In this document: piece by piece, positions 16,810-27,038 of the stretch | Layout: every line of letters begins with the position of its first letter | How positions within the stretch are numbered: position 1 is the stretch's first letter | DNA from: Nitrososphaeria archaeon | GTDB taxonomy: Archaea > Thermoproteota > Nitrososphaeria > Conexivisphaerales > UBA164 | NCBI GenBank assembly: GCA_049976505.1 | Contig: JBMFIC010000001.1 | Coordinates: forward strand, 19,985-83,984 | DNA length: 64,000 nucleotides | Direction: 5' to 3' | Made by a program: the position numbers and the translations under genes | Notes under the pieces: generated by a model | What the model was told of the DNA's origin: nothing | Seen by the model: only the letters and a program-made list of their open reading frames with translations | Databases searched by the model: none

Positions 16810-18337
16810 CCTTTTTTATTGCTTCATCAGGTAGCTTTGGAGCGTTCAATCCCTCTTTTTTGGCATATATAACGATCTTTCCGTTAACCACCTTAAGATC
16901 ATTCCTTGGCTGAAATCTTGTAGCAAGTGCCCATAGCACCTGATCCTCATCTCGAGGATCTATATCGTTTCCCACCACGATGTTCGCCTCAGCGTTTTCA
17001 TCTATCTGCCTCCCAATGTGGAGCTTTTTTCCGCATCTTTCAAGGTACACGTCATCATTAAAATTGATGATCTTAAGGTCTCTCTGAGGCTTTACAAGAA
17101 GGATCAGCTTGCTGCTTGTCCCCTCAGGACTTGCAGAGGGATCAAGCCTGTTGCAAAGCACTTCATCGAGTACAGCATATCTGTAGTCGCAAAGGATGCC
17201 GGATATGAGATCAAAGAACTTCAGAGAGGTCTCATTCTCAGAAATTATTACGATTTTTAAGTAGTGATCCAACCCGAGAAGAAGAAGAGCCAGCTGCATG
17301 GCCTCGCCCTTCTGCGGTTTGGGAATTTTACCGAAAAGAACGTAGTGCACGCCCTTTAAAGGCCATTCGAGAGCGTAGCTGGAGGATGTCTGGTAAAAGC
17401 TGCTTACGGTTTCAAGTATGAGGGGCTCCTTGGCGATGCTTGAAAGTATTATGTGCTCCTTGGAGTTTGAGGGATTTATTTCAAGATAAATAGGATTCTT
17501 TTTTATCATCATCGCATCTATGATCGCATAGTTGTTTGTGGATCTGTTGGATATATAACCAGTGTACTCGGTGAAGGGACCCTCCTTATAGAATTCGTTC
17601 CACTTTATCTTTCCCTCCAGCACAATTTCCGAGCTTGCAGGCACCGGGATATCGTTGGTCAGGCCCTTTACTAGATGATCGTTAACCACGCCTCCTACTC
17701 TTAGATACTCATTTTCGATTCTTGCAGCTGCGAGCAGATAATATATTGGGTGGGCTCCAATTATAACTGATATTGGAAGATCGGTCTTTCTTTCTTTAGA
17801 CATCTCAAAGTAGCTCCACAGATGCCCTCTTGAATGAAGGCTCAGAGCAACCTCGTTCCTGGATATGACCTGGATTCTGGCAAAGCTCAGATTTATCACC
17901 CTTGGATCATCGGGTTTTCTTGAAACGATAAGGCCCGAGGTTATGTATCTTCCACCATCCTGAGGGTAGTGCTTCGGCACAGGAAGCACGTTCAGGTCCA
18001 CGTTCTTTCCTTTCATAGTCTCAACTTCCGAGCTAGCGCGTTCTCTTATTTCTGGTTCCTTTTCCACCTTCATTATGCGCCGCCAGAAAGAATAAAACTC
18101 GCCTTCATCCTTAAGCCCAAAGTAAGCGGCAATCCTCTTCTTCGAGCTGAAAACGTTGCTCACGACTCTGAACCCAGGATAGCCCAATACGTTGCTGAAT
18201 ATTAGCAGCGGCGCCCTGTTCTCAACCTCGTTCGCAATCGCAGTGATCTCGTACTCAGTTGAAACTGCTTCATTTATTTCCAAAACGTCATCGGGATGTC
18301 TGCTGGCATATTGCTCTACAACTTCCCTCAAGGACAT
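16772..18337 (-). CDS. UbiD-family (prFMN-dependent) decarboxylase
   Basis: 521 aa. The N-terminal and central regions (..DGGRYITSGLIVSRKPD..INLSFARIQV..) fit UbiD. No UbiX is present in this window. It overlaps the convergent ParB-like gene by 38 nt. Confidence 0.8.
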   Translation of the reverse strand: MSLREVVEQYASRHPDDVLEINEAVSTEYEITAIANEVENRAPLLIFSNVLGYPGFRVVSNVFSSKKRIAAYFGLKDEGEFYSFWRRIMKVEKEPEIRERASSEVETMKGKNVDLNVLPVPKHYPQDGGRYITSGLIVSRKPDDPRVINLSFARIQVISRNEVALSLHSRGHLWSYFEMSKERKTDLPISVIIGAHPIYYLLAAARIENEYLRVGGVVNDHLVKGLTNDIPVPASSEIVLEGKIKWNEFYKEGPFTEYTGYISNRSTNNYAIIDAMMIKKNPIYLEINPSNSKEHIILSSIAKEPLILETVSSFYQTSSSYALEWPLKGVHYVLFGKIPKPQKGEAMQLALLLLGLDHYLKIVIISENETSLKFFDLISGILCDYRYAVLDEVLCNRLDPSASPEGTSSKLILLVKPQRDLKIINFNDDVYLERCGKKLHIGRQIDENAEANIVVGNDIDPRDEDQVLWALATRFQPRNDLKVVNGKIVIYAKKEGLNAPKLPDEAIKKAKQILLLAKVPS

Positions 18338-18424
18338 GTGAGTTCATTCAGCTCATGCTTATTTAATTATTTGTGTATGAAGTGTGAAAAAATTAAGACG
18401 TCTAATAAAGGCTGCGCAGATGTT

Positions 18425-19699
18425 TTAAAGGAGATAAGTCTCTCCAGTGCTTCTCCAGTAGAACCTTGGAGGATCGAAGAGCGCCTCGTTGGGATCCGTG
18501 ACCGCCAGCTCCTTGCCGTTTAGCCTGATGTGCCTCTCGGTCGGCCTCGCGTCTCTGCCGTGTATTGCAGCTATCTTGCCGTCGACCATTACCATAGCGG
18601 TCCCAATAAGGTCCCCATTCTCTATTGCGCCAAGCGCGTCGCTTCCAACGCTTCCTGGAGGCCTGTCTATTATCAGGCAGTCGGCCTCAAATCCTTCCTT
18701 TATCTTTCCGGCGTGTATCCACTTTGAATAGACCTCCTGCGTGTTTCCAGTTGCCATCGCAATAGCCTGGTGTGCGGGTATGTTTCCGAGGCTGCTGAAG
18801 AACTTTACCGCCTGTTGCACCGCTATAGGGAAGTAGCCCTGTCCGGTTGGCGTATCGCTTCCGACCATGAGCCTCCTGAGCTGGTTCCTGCTCCTCAGGT
18901 AGTCTATAATCCTGAGCGCCATCTTCAGGTTGCCATAGGGAACGAGCTCAACTGCGGCGTTTGGGGCTGCGTCAATGACTCCCCGCACAGTGTCCCAGTC
19001 TGCGGCAGTGCTTCCTCCGTTTGCGTGGGCTAGCTTGTCGGGCTGCAGCTCCCTTATGAATTCAACGTCCAGGAAAACTGAGTCCTTAAGTACGCCCGGT
19101 CCGAAGTTCGATGGAATGAACATCCCATATTTCCTAGCTATTCTTGCCATCTCGAGCAGCTCCTTTGGCTTGAGATCGGAGCTTCCTCCTATCTGGGCAA
19201 CCCTCCATATGCCTATCCTTGCGAGCTCAGCGAAGTCCTCCTCCTTAAGCCCCCTTACAAGGGTTATGCTCCCCGCATGAACCTTCATCAGGCCTCCTGG
19301 CCTGTAGTTCTTCCATGCTTTGTAGGTTGCTATAGCTGTTGCTTTCACTCCTTCTGGGTCAGGCGGATAAAAGAGAGGCAGACCTTCGTACTGGTTGAAC
19401 TCGTCTATTACTGTAGTTATTCCGTTTAAAAGTCCCTCCTCAAGAACGCCAACCATTCTCTGCATCGGCGCAAACTCACCTATCGATATATGAGTGTGGG
19501 GATCGATGTATCCTGGAATCAGCACCATTCCGTTTGCGTCAATAACTATATCGATCTCCGTCCTGCTTACATTTATGTCATCCCTGTAGCCGATTTTCTC
19601 GAACTTGCCATCCTTGATGAGAACCGAATCACCCTTTAGAATGCCTAGGTCCCAGTCGCCGCTGACTATTTTTCCTATGTTCTCAATGAGCACCTTCAT
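18425..19699 (-). CDS. Amidohydrolase-superfamily enzyme, enamidase-like
   Basis: Metal motif IPGYIDPHTHIS. The N-terminal IENIGKIVSGD and C-terminal MATGN...EADCLIID.PPGSV..DALGAIENGD blocks resemble the enamidase family as I recall it. Confidence 0.7.
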   Translation of the reverse strand: MKVLIENIGKIVSGDWDLGILKGDSVLIKDGKFEKIGYRDDINVSRTEIDIVIDANGMVLIPGYIDPHTHISIGEFAPMQRMVGVLEEGLLNGITTVIDEFNQYEGLPLFYPPDPEGVKATAIATYKAWKNYRPGGLMKVHAGSITLVRGLKEEDFAELARIGIWRVAQIGGSSDLKPKELLEMARIARKYGMFIPSNFGPGVLKDSVFLDVEFIRELQPDKLAHANGGSTAADWDTVRGVIDAAPNAAVELVPYGNLKMALRIIDYLRSRNQLRRLMVGSDTPTGQGYFPIAVQQAVKFFSSLGNIPAHQAIAMATGNTQEVYSKWIHAGKIKEGFEADCLIIDRPPGSVGSDALGAIENGDLIGTAMVMVDGKIAAIHGRDARPTERHIRLNGKELAVTDPNEALFDPPRFYWRSTGETYLL

Positions 19700-19747
19700 T
19701 TGATTTCTGACTTTTGCTGTGTGGTAATTAAACGTTTGTTGGGCTTA

Positions 19748-20584
19748 TTACCTACTCCCAGCGGTCAACCGTTTTATAGTTGAAGCGGCATCCTCAGCGC
19801 TCTTCCAAAGATTCTCAAAGAGAACTATTAGTCCAGAGGCCAGTTTTGGATCGTTGATCAGTATGTAGCTGTCGTCGGACCTGTTGATGCTCATGTCTTC
19901 ATCATGCTGAATGGCGCCTATCAGAACCTTGTCGTGATCAAATATGTTCAGCCTGATCTGTATGCCTTCCATATGTTTGAACGGTATGTAGCTGTAAAGG
20001 AACTCGGCCTCCTTTATGTTTAATTGGTTCACCTCGGAAATTATCATCATTTTGACTCCTCTCTTTGCCATCTGCATATAATCTTCAAGAAGGCCGTACC
20101 TTATGCTCCTAAGAAGACCATTGCCTGACATTATTAGCCTGTATTCATGAAACGTCTCCTCAAAGAGCTTCTTTAGCTCGTTGTACAGCCTACTTCTTCC
20201 AAATATAAGCCTGTACTGAGGTGGAGGATAGGCCTTTCTGCCCTCTTCTACGGGTATTGAAGCTATAAGATTCTTGACCCGTTCAACGCCAGATGTGTAG
20301 TGCTCCTCAAGCGCTTTGATGAGTATTTTTTCGAGCTCTTGAGGCGGCCTTGCCATGTAGAAATTTCTGCCCAGCTCCTTCTCAACAAGCCCCAGCCGCA
20401 TAAGCTTCTCGAGATGCTTATAAACAGCTGCCCTGTCCTTTTTCAGCTCGCTTGTTAGCTCGGAAATCGGTTTGGGCCCATGAGATAGAAGATAGATGTA
20501 AATTTGAAGCTGAGTTGGCGTAAGGGAGGAATCCTTAAGGATCCTCACGATCTCCTTGTTGCCGAGGAGGTCATCCACAGCCAT
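19748..20584 (-). CDS. TrmB-family transcriptional regulator
   Basis: N-terminal wHTH LTPTQLQIYIYLLSHGPKPISELTSELKKDRAAVYKHLEKLMRLGLVE, followed by a TrmB-type C-terminal effector domain. Confidence 0.8.
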   Translation of the reverse strand: MAVDDLLGNKEIVRILKDSSLTPTQLQIYIYLLSHGPKPISELTSELKKDRAAVYKHLEKLMRLGLVEKELGRNFYMARPPQELEKILIKALEEHYTSGVERVKNLIASIPVEEGRKAYPPPQYRLIFGRSRLYNELKKLFEETFHEYRLIMSGNGLLRSIRYGLLEDYMQMAKRGVKMMIISEVNQLNIKEAEFLYSYIPFKHMEGIQIRLNIFDHDKVLIGAIQHDEDMSINRSDDSYILINDPKLASGLIVLFENLWKSAEDAASTIKRLTAGSR

Positions 20585-20665
20585 AAATACTTTTTGAATG
20601 CTTATTTTCTTTACTCAAGGTTGATAATGTAGAAAGTCAGGTTCAAAGTATCTCATAATTTAATC

Positions 20666-22804
20666 TTAGGCCAAAATCGTTTCCCTATTGATCGGCAATC
20701 CTCTAATTTCTTTTCCTGTAGCGTCAACGATGGCGTTCACTATAGCTGGCGCAACCGCCATAAGAGGTAACTCACCAATTCCCTTTGCGCCGTATGGACC
20801 GTTTGGATCTGGAACCTCTATCGGATAGATCCTGATCTTCGGCACGTCCTTTGCAACAGGAAGTATGTATGTAGTGAAATTCCTTGCCTGAACCTCACCT
20901 CCCTTGAGCTTGAGGTCCTCATACAGCGCATAACCAAGCGACATTATGGCTCCCCCTTCAAGCTGCCCGAAGTACCCCTTCGGGAAGATTATCTTCCCGG
21001 CCTCGGTGTACATCTCTATGTCGGACACCCTGATGAACCCAGTCAACACGTTGACCTCAACCCTAGCTAAAGCCGTGATGAAGCTGAATATTATGTCGCT
21101 CTTCCTGTATACGCCGCCCTTCACGCTGGGCAGTTCGTACTTTCCCACAACCCTGATCTCTTCGTTTATGCTGTTTATTATGGAGCTCAGGTCCTCCGTT
21201 CCATATCTCTCTTTAACCTCAATCATCAGCTTTCTGGCCGCATCCAGCGCAGCGTTCCCTATCATGAAGAGAACCCTTGAAGCATTGGACGTTCCTGAGC
21301 GTGGGTTTGCGCTGCTGTCGTTAAGGATCTGGATGTACCTATCAGGAAGATTAAGGGCTCTGCTCAGAACTGTGGCCACTCCGAACCTTATGCCTGTGCC
21401 CATGTCTGGCGTGGTGAAAAGCGCCTTAAGCGACCCCCGAGATAGAACGAGCTCAACCTGCGCCGAATCTCCGAACAGCCCATAGCTGGTGCTCTTCATG
21501 CCGCTGGCTATCCCAACCCCCACCTTTACGAACGGCAGATCCGATTTCTTGCTTTCGGGATTCAGCAGGGCGCTGGACTTGGCCATTTCAAGGGTCTCCC
21601 TCAAGGTGCTGTGCGATAGCGGAACAACACCAGTTCCGTATGGCTCCCCCTCCTTAAGCGCGTTTACGTATCTGAACTCGATAGGATCCCAGCCCTTCTC
21701 TCTTGCTATTCTGTCAAGATGTCTCTCCAATGCAAAGTTAACCTCGCTCGCCCCATACCCCCTCATTCCTCCTACAGGCGGATAATTGGTGTAGACGAGC
21801 AGGCCTTCAAAGCGAACGTTAGGTATGCTGTACGGCCCGGGAGCGTGTGAGCCCGCAACCTCGAGCACTATTGGCGCATGCGACAGGTACGCTCCTGCCT
21901 CAGCGAGCACCTTCATGAAAAGGCCCTGAATCTTCATATCGTTTGTGACCTTAGCCCTAACCTCTATGTCCATTGAAATCCTCCTCGTGGTTGAGATGTT
22001 TGACTCCTCCCTCGTGAAGGTCAGCTTGACCGGTCTGCCGGTTTTCAGGGCCAGGAGCCCCGCTATGATCTGTCCGTGTATTTCCTCCTTTCCTCCGAAG
22101 GCTCCACCAGGATCCGGATAGATGAGCTTTATCCTCTCTGGCGGGACGTTCAGGCTCTGAGAGATCTGCTGCACGTCATGATCGGGGCTCTGAGTGGTTG
22201 TAACTATGTGTAAAATCCCGTTTTCGACCCACGCGAGGGCGGATTCGGGCTCAATGTACATCTGTTTGACCGAGCCAATCTCGTATTTATCGGAGAACTC
22301 CTCACCGGGGGCACCTGCATAGCTACCCCTTTCGTATGAAACCGAGTGCGCCACGTTGCCCTCCTCGTGAACCTTTGTCTCTTCCTTTAAGGCATCCTCA
22401 ATCGTAAAAACCCCATCGAGCCTCACATATCTGACCCTTATCGATCTGATTGCTTCCAGCGCCGCCTCCTCCGTTTCGGCGGCAACCGCTGCTACTGCAT
22501 CGCCTACATAACGCACTTTATCTCTGCAGAAAACTGGCTGGTTCGGCTTGAAGTATCCGAAGGCGTTCAGGCCAGGAACGTCCCTGTAAGTTGCAACGGT
22601 CCTGACCCCAGGAACTTTATAGGCGTCTGAAACATCTATGTATTCGATCAGAGCGTGGGGCACTCCTGCCCTCAGAACCTTGGCGTAGAGCATGTTGCTC
22701 AGGTAGTAATCTCCTGCAAACTTGTACCTGCCGGTAACCTTGCTTCTGTTATACTCATAGTAATAAGACTCCCTGAGGCTTTCCGTTAACAGATCTGCAT
22801 CCAT
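20666..22804 (-). CDS. Molybdopterin-binding large subunit of a xanthine dehydrogenase / aldehyde oxidase / CoxL-family hydroxylase
   Basis: 712 aa with the a/b-hammerhead start (KVTGRYKFAGDY..) and GGAFGGKE, GGMRGYG, GIGE motifs. No adjacent 2Fe-2S or FAD subunit genes. Confidence 0.85.
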   Translation of the reverse strand: MDADLLTESLRESYYYEYNRSKVTGRYKFAGDYYLSNMLYAKVLRAGVPHALIEYIDVSDAYKVPGVRTVATYRDVPGLNAFGYFKPNQPVFCRDKVRYVGDAVAAVAAETEEAALEAIRSIRVRYVRLDGVFTIEDALKEETKVHEEGNVAHSVSYERGSYAGAPGEEFSDKYEIGSVKQMYIEPESALAWVENGILHIVTTTQSPDHDVQQISQSLNVPPERIKLIYPDPGGAFGGKEEIHGQIIAGLLALKTGRPVKLTFTREESNISTTRRISMDIEVRAKVTNDMKIQGLFMKVLAEAGAYLSHAPIVLEVAGSHAPGPYSIPNVRFEGLLVYTNYPPVGGMRGYGASEVNFALERHLDRIAREKGWDPIEFRYVNALKEGEPYGTGVVPLSHSTLRETLEMAKSSALLNPESKKSDLPFVKVGVGIASGMKSTSYGLFGDSAQVELVLSRGSLKALFTTPDMGTGIRFGVATVLSRALNLPDRYIQILNDSSANPRSGTSNASRVLFMIGNAALDAARKLMIEVKERYGTEDLSSIINSINEEIRVVGKYELPSVKGGVYRKSDIIFSFITALARVEVNVLTGFIRVSDIEMYTEAGKIIFPKGYFGQLEGGAIMSLGYALYEDLKLKGGEVQARNFTTYILPVAKDVPKIRIYPIEVPDPNGPYGAKGIGELPLMAVAPAIVNAIVDATGKEIRGLPINRETILA

Positions 22805-22910
22805 ATATTTCGCTTATCCGCTGGATATTAATCTATTTTTTATTGCGTCCAGATTTTTATCTTATATTTCTGCCCAACAGTTTATCTTAAAGGATCGCAG
22901 GATCATTTAT

Positions 22911-24195
22911 TTGAGGATGGGGAAGCAGGTTTCGATAATAGGCGCTGGTGTTCTCGGCGTCTCGATTGCTTTCTGGCTATCGAACTTGACGGACTCTGAG
23001 GTTACGATCATTGAGAGAGAGCGAGCCGGCAAAGCACTCTACCTCGCGAAACACAGGCGTCGTCCACAGGCCTTTCTTCCTGCCTCCCGATGCAAAGGCC
23101 ACCGTCGAAAGCTGGATAGGGTCCTACCATCTGTGGAGGGAGCTCGCGATAAAGAAGGGCCTCAAGTTCGAGGTGAACGGTCAGCTCGAGGTCGCAAGAG
23201 ATTACAGAGAGATAGCAGTTCTAAGAAGGCACCAGGAGTGGGCGAGGCTCAACGGCATGGAGGATGATGAGATCGCCTACCTTGAAGGCGATGAGGTGAG
23301 GAAGCTGCTGCCTGAAAGCCTTGCGGAGGGAGCCCTGATGAGCAGAAGCGAGGCCAACGTGAACTACGGCGAGCTAGTAGAAGAGCTGTTCAGGGAAATT
23401 TCGGGCAGCGTGAAGTTCATAGGAGGCTTCAAGGTAGAATCGGTTTCCGAAAGAGGTGAGAAAGTCGCTGTTGGAGGACTGCTTCGTGGATCTCGATACT
23501 AAATTGAATCGGACTTCGTGATTAACGCGGCTGGCAACGGGTCTCTTTCGATCTACAGGAGGATAAAGGGAACAAGCGAGCCTAGCGAGATACACGTCAA
23601 GGCCAGGTACTGGAGGCTCGAGGGGAGCTGTGGCCTTCCGAGGATAAATGTGTTCACCGTCCCGAAGTAAGAGAAGTTCCCCTTCCTTGATCCCCACTAT
23701 ATTGTGAGGGTTGACGGGACGTTTGACCTGGGACCAACGGTTTCCCTTTCGTACGACGGCTTTGACTACGACTCCGGGATCGCGGGGGTCATCGCGAGGC
23801 TCATCATGCATTCCTCCTATGAGGACTTGAAGGGGTACCTCAACCTTCTGAAGAGCGGCATGTTTTCCCTTCTGCTGAGGGATGGACTCAGGATGTTCAG
23901 CAGCGAGCGCATGAAAAAGTTCTTCAGATGGGTTATGCCATGGATAGAAGATTGCAAGCTCGTGGCAAAGCCTCCGGGGATAATGCACTATCTTCTGAAC
24001 GAGCAGGGCATAGATCAGCAGGTTAGGATCGAGGAGGTCGGACAGACGCTGCACATCCTGAACTACGACGCTCCGGGGGCAACCGGGGCTCCATACTTCT
24101 CCTATAATATCGTTAGACGGCTGCTTGACAGGGGATACCTGTCTCCGAGCAAGGGGCCAAGGTATGAGCTCTGGAGGGCCCTCCTGGGCTCCTAG
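22911..24195 (+). pseudogene. L-2-hydroxyglutarate oxidase/dehydrogenase (LhgO)-like FAD oxidoreductase, disrupted
   Basis: Homology runs across three ORF pieces: VSIIGAGVLGVS.. / ..HSTSRNTGVVH.. / ..FLDPHYIVRVDG..LNYDAPGATGAP. There is a frameshift inside GAGAGAGAG (23013-23021) and in-frame TAA stops at 23500-23502 and 23668-23670. Confidence 0.75.
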
Positions 24196-24319
24196 GGCTT
24201 AATGGGTCCCAACATGCAAAATCCCTGGGAGCGCGTCACCTGCTTTTCCTTTTGGTCCAAAATTTAAGAAAAAACGGAAATGACATCACGGAAAGTGCCC
24301 CATTATTTCATGTTCATAG

Positions 24320-24349
24320 CTTTTCCGAAAAGGAGAATTTTCGGAAAAG
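24320..24349. terminator. Perfect 12-bp hairpin between convergent genes
   Basis: CTTTTCCGAAAA (24320-24331), loop GGAGAA, TTTTCGGAAAAG (24338-24349). It lies 6 nt beyond the stop of the minus-strand CbiZ-like gene. Confidence 0.4.
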
Positions 24350-24354
24350 TAAAA

Positions 24355-24915
24355 TCACTGAGCCCTCTGTCCCCTCAGCGCCTCCCTGAGCTCCTCAGAC
24401 ACTATCCTTGCCGCAAGGGATCCTATATCAGTGCCAGTTCCGGCGTAGATCGTTCTGCGCGTGAGCCCGGAGGAGCCCACTGCAACAGCATCCGTCACGG
24501 TGCCCGTTATGTTCAGGCCCATGTCCATCAGCGTTCCGCACTTGGCCTCGGTTACAACCTTCACAAGCTCCACCATGGCGTTCACGGAAAGCTGCCCATC
24601 GTAGAACAGGCCTATGTTTATGGTCCTGCCGGCGTGCTTCCCTGTGCCCTCAACGCCTGCCGAGAGGAAGTAGGTGAACGGTCCCCTGTTTCCGAACCGG
24701 TAGCTCTCAACGGCCGTCATAAAAACCAGGTCATCCTCCCTGAGCGTCATGGCCCTTCTCACGTCGTCTAGTGGGTCTTCGCTGCAGTAGTCCTTTTCCA
24801 CGATGACGTCCACTATCCTGCTGACCCAAGCAGGAGATGCTGGGCTCAGGGCTGATGTCAGCACAAAGTAAGGTTTTCCAAGCTCGATAAGGCCGATCCT
24901 CCTGATTTGGCCCAT
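24355..24915 (-). CDS. CbiZ-like (adenosylcobinamide amidohydrolase family) protein
   Basis: 186 aa. TAVESY.., INIGLF.. and GTVTDAVAVG / AGTGTDIG blocks resemble the CbiZ family. The assignment rests on motif recall only. Confidence 0.5.
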   Translation of the reverse strand: MGQIRRIGLIELGKPYFVLTSALSPASPAWVSRIVDVIVEKDYCSEDPLDDVRRAMTLREDDLVFMTAVESYRFGNRGPFTYFLSAGVEGTGKHAGRTINIGLFYDGQLSVNAMVELVKVVTEAKCGTLMDMGLNITGTVTDAVAVGSSGLTRRTIYAGTGTDIGSLAARIVSEELREALRGQRAQ

Positions 24916-24961
24916 CTTTATTATGTTTGAAAAATTTCATGTATAAACTCTTTTGTCAGAC

Positions 24962-26155
24962 TTAGCGAATTGCTTCCAGGATCCTGTCGACCTGCTCGTC
25001 CGAGATCCTTTCCCTGAACGCCTCAGATGCAACTATCTCCATTCCCATATCGCTGAGCTCCTTCTCCATCCTCCTCTGCGCGTTAGAGCCCCAGCCATAT
25101 GAGACCATGATGGCCACCTTCTTTCTTACACCCCTGAACTTCTGTCTCATGACTTCGAGCAGCCTCAGCATCTCTGGATGGGGCTCATTGTCGTAGGTGG
25201 GGGTCGCGAGAACTATGTACTCGCTATCATTGGCGTCAACGATGAAGTCCTCCACGTCTGGATGAACTGTGTCGTTTATTGCGTGATACAGAATCCTCTT
25301 TCCCCTGGCCGACAGCGCCCTGGCGATCCTGCTCACCGATGATTCAACTGACCCGTACATGGTCACGTATGCTATGAGGACGGTTCCCGGAACTGGCTCT
25401 GCCTTTGCCCATTTTTCGAACAGCCTGAGGGGAGCCTCGACATCGCCCCTCCAGAGGCCTCCATGAGATGGAGCTATAATGTTCACCTTTAGGTTTGCGC
25501 TTCTCACCTTCTCTATGGCGCTTATTACGAACTTCCTGTAGAACCCCATGACGGTCAGGAGGTACTTCTCAGCGTATCTTAGGTAGGCCTGATCATCTGG
25601 GCTGACGTAGATTCCAGGAGGTATTGAGTAGGAGCCAAAAACATCACAGGTGTACAGTATTCCAGCGCCCTGCTGGTAGGTGAAGATGGTTTCTGGCCAG
25701 TGGACCCAGGGAACGTGCATGAACTCCAGGTCCACTCCCAGGAGGCTCAGCCTGCTCCTTCCCTCGACCTTCACCAGCTCGTTCCTTATGGGGTGCTTTG
25801 CAAGTAGGACCTTTTCAGCTGAGCTGTGGGCGACTACCTTGGCCTCCGGGGATTCCTCAAGTACCTCGACGAGGCTTCCTGTGTGATCGGGCTCAGCGTG
25901 ATTGAGGACGACATACTTTATTTTGTTTGGATCAGCAACCTCCCTTATCGCGCTCAGGAGCTCTGCCGAGAAGTTTCTCTTCCAGGTGTCTATAAGTATC
26001 CATCCGCCGTCCCCTCTGATCAGGTAAGCGTTGTAAGCTATGTGCTCCGGTATGTGCCAGAGCGACTCAAAGTACTGGGTTCTGTCATCGTTCAGCCTCA
26101 GCAGGAAGACGCCGTCCGAAATTTCGCTTACAAAATAGGACGCCACATGAACCAT
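24962..26155 (-). CDS. fprA: FprA-type flavodiiron protein (metallo-beta-lactamase-like plus flavodoxin domains)
   Basis: Di-iron ligand motif LNHAEPDHTGS followed by a C-terminal flavodoxin-like domain. The length is 397 aa. Confidence 0.85.
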   Translation of the reverse strand: MVHVASYFVSEISDGVFLLRLNDDRTQYFESLWHIPEHIAYNAYLIRGDGGWILIDTWKRNFSAELLSAIREVADPNKIKYVVLNHAEPDHTGSLVEVLEESPEAKVVAHSSAEKVLLAKHPIRNELVKVEGRSRLSLLGVDLEFMHVPWVHWPETIFTYQQGAGILYTCDVFGSYSIPPGIYVSPDDQAYLRYAEKYLLTVMGFYRKFVISAIEKVRSANLKVNIIAPSHGGLWRGDVEAPLRLFEKWAKAEPVPGTVLIAYVTMYGSVESSVSRIARALSARGKRILYHAINDTVHPDVEDFIVDANDSEYIVLATPTYDNEPHPEMLRLLEVMRQKFRGVRKKVAIMVSYGWGSNAQRRMEKELSDMGMEIVASEAFRERISDEQVDRILEAIR

Positions 26156-26267
26156 TTATTCACGTTGCTTAAATATTTAATTTACAGAGTTGATCTTTTT
26201 CAAGCCTTTGAGGCGTTTGTTTGAAGGGTTGAACGAAAATTCTGAACGTATGTTTGAAGTCATGAGG

Positions 26268-26993
26268 TTACCTTATAAGGCCCCAGCCCACAAGGCCCTC
26301 GTAAATGAGCTGGGCAGCAAACCCAGCTATTATAATGCTGAAGAGCCTTGAGAACGCGGTAAGCCCGTTCTTTCCGAAGACCCTGAGAATTGCCTCGGAG
26401 AACTTCAGGATAAACGATGAAACGGCTGAAACTACTGCTATTGATATGAGAAGGGCCGACAGCGGAAGCGTGTTGGCAAGGATAATCAGGGTGGCAACCG
26501 TGCCCGGACCAACCAGAAGCGGAGATGCAAGAGGGAAGACCGCGGCCTCGCGTGGATCAAGCGATAAGGACCTTGAGCCCTCGCCCATCGTATCAATAGC
26601 GAGTATCATGAGCAGGACGCCGCCTCCTATCATAAAGCTGTAGATGCTTACGCCAAAAAGCCTCAGGAGGTTCTCCCCAACCATGGCGAAGAACACGAGC
26701 AGCACGAACATGGAAACTACGACGGTCGTCCAGAGGGCTCCTCTTTCCTCCTTTTCAAGCTTACCAAGAAAGTAGAGATACAGAGGAAGCGCGCCGAACG
26801 GATCCATAATCGCGAAAAGCTGAATGGATGTTATTGCAATGTTCATAGGCGACGGCACTACCAGCAGGCTGTTCGCGCCGGATATGCCGACCTTTACTGA
26901 TACTAGCAGCAGGAGGAACAGAATTATGTAGACGTACTTTCTGTTTATTATAATTAGCCTGATCCCGCCCGTTCTTTCAGATTTATTCTGCAC
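26268..26993 (-). CDS. MarC-family (UPF0056) integral membrane protein
   Basis: LFAIMDPFGALPLYL is the signature N-terminal MarC motif, and the protein has multiple TM segments. The true start may be the internal MNIAITS (about 26846). Confidence 0.65.
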   Translation of the reverse strand: MQNKSERTGGIRLIIINRKYVYIILFLLLLVSVKVGISGANSLLVVPSPMNIAITSIQLFAIMDPFGALPLYLYFLGKLEKEERGALWTTVVVSMFVLLVFFAMVGENLLRLFGVSIYSFMIGGGVLLMILAIDTMGEGSRSLSLDPREAAVFPLASPLLVGPGTVATLIILANTLPLSALLISIAVVSAVSSFILKFSEAILRVFGKNGLTAFSRLFSIIIAGFAAQLIYEGLVGWGLIR

Positions 26994-27038
26994 AAGAGGT
27001 AAGGAAACAAATAGCTTAAAAGCTTAGTTTTAAAAACA

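Noticed and set aside
23374-24054. 226-aa minus-strand ORF
   Set aside because: It lies antisense to the clearly homologous LhgO-like reading frame. Its translation is low-complexity, rich in Pro/Arg/Leu, with no recognisable motif, so it is a shadow ORF.
24280-24771. 163-aa plus-strand ORF
   Set aside because: It is antisense to the CbiZ-like gene and starts inside the terminator hairpin region. No motifs are present, so it is a shadow ORF.
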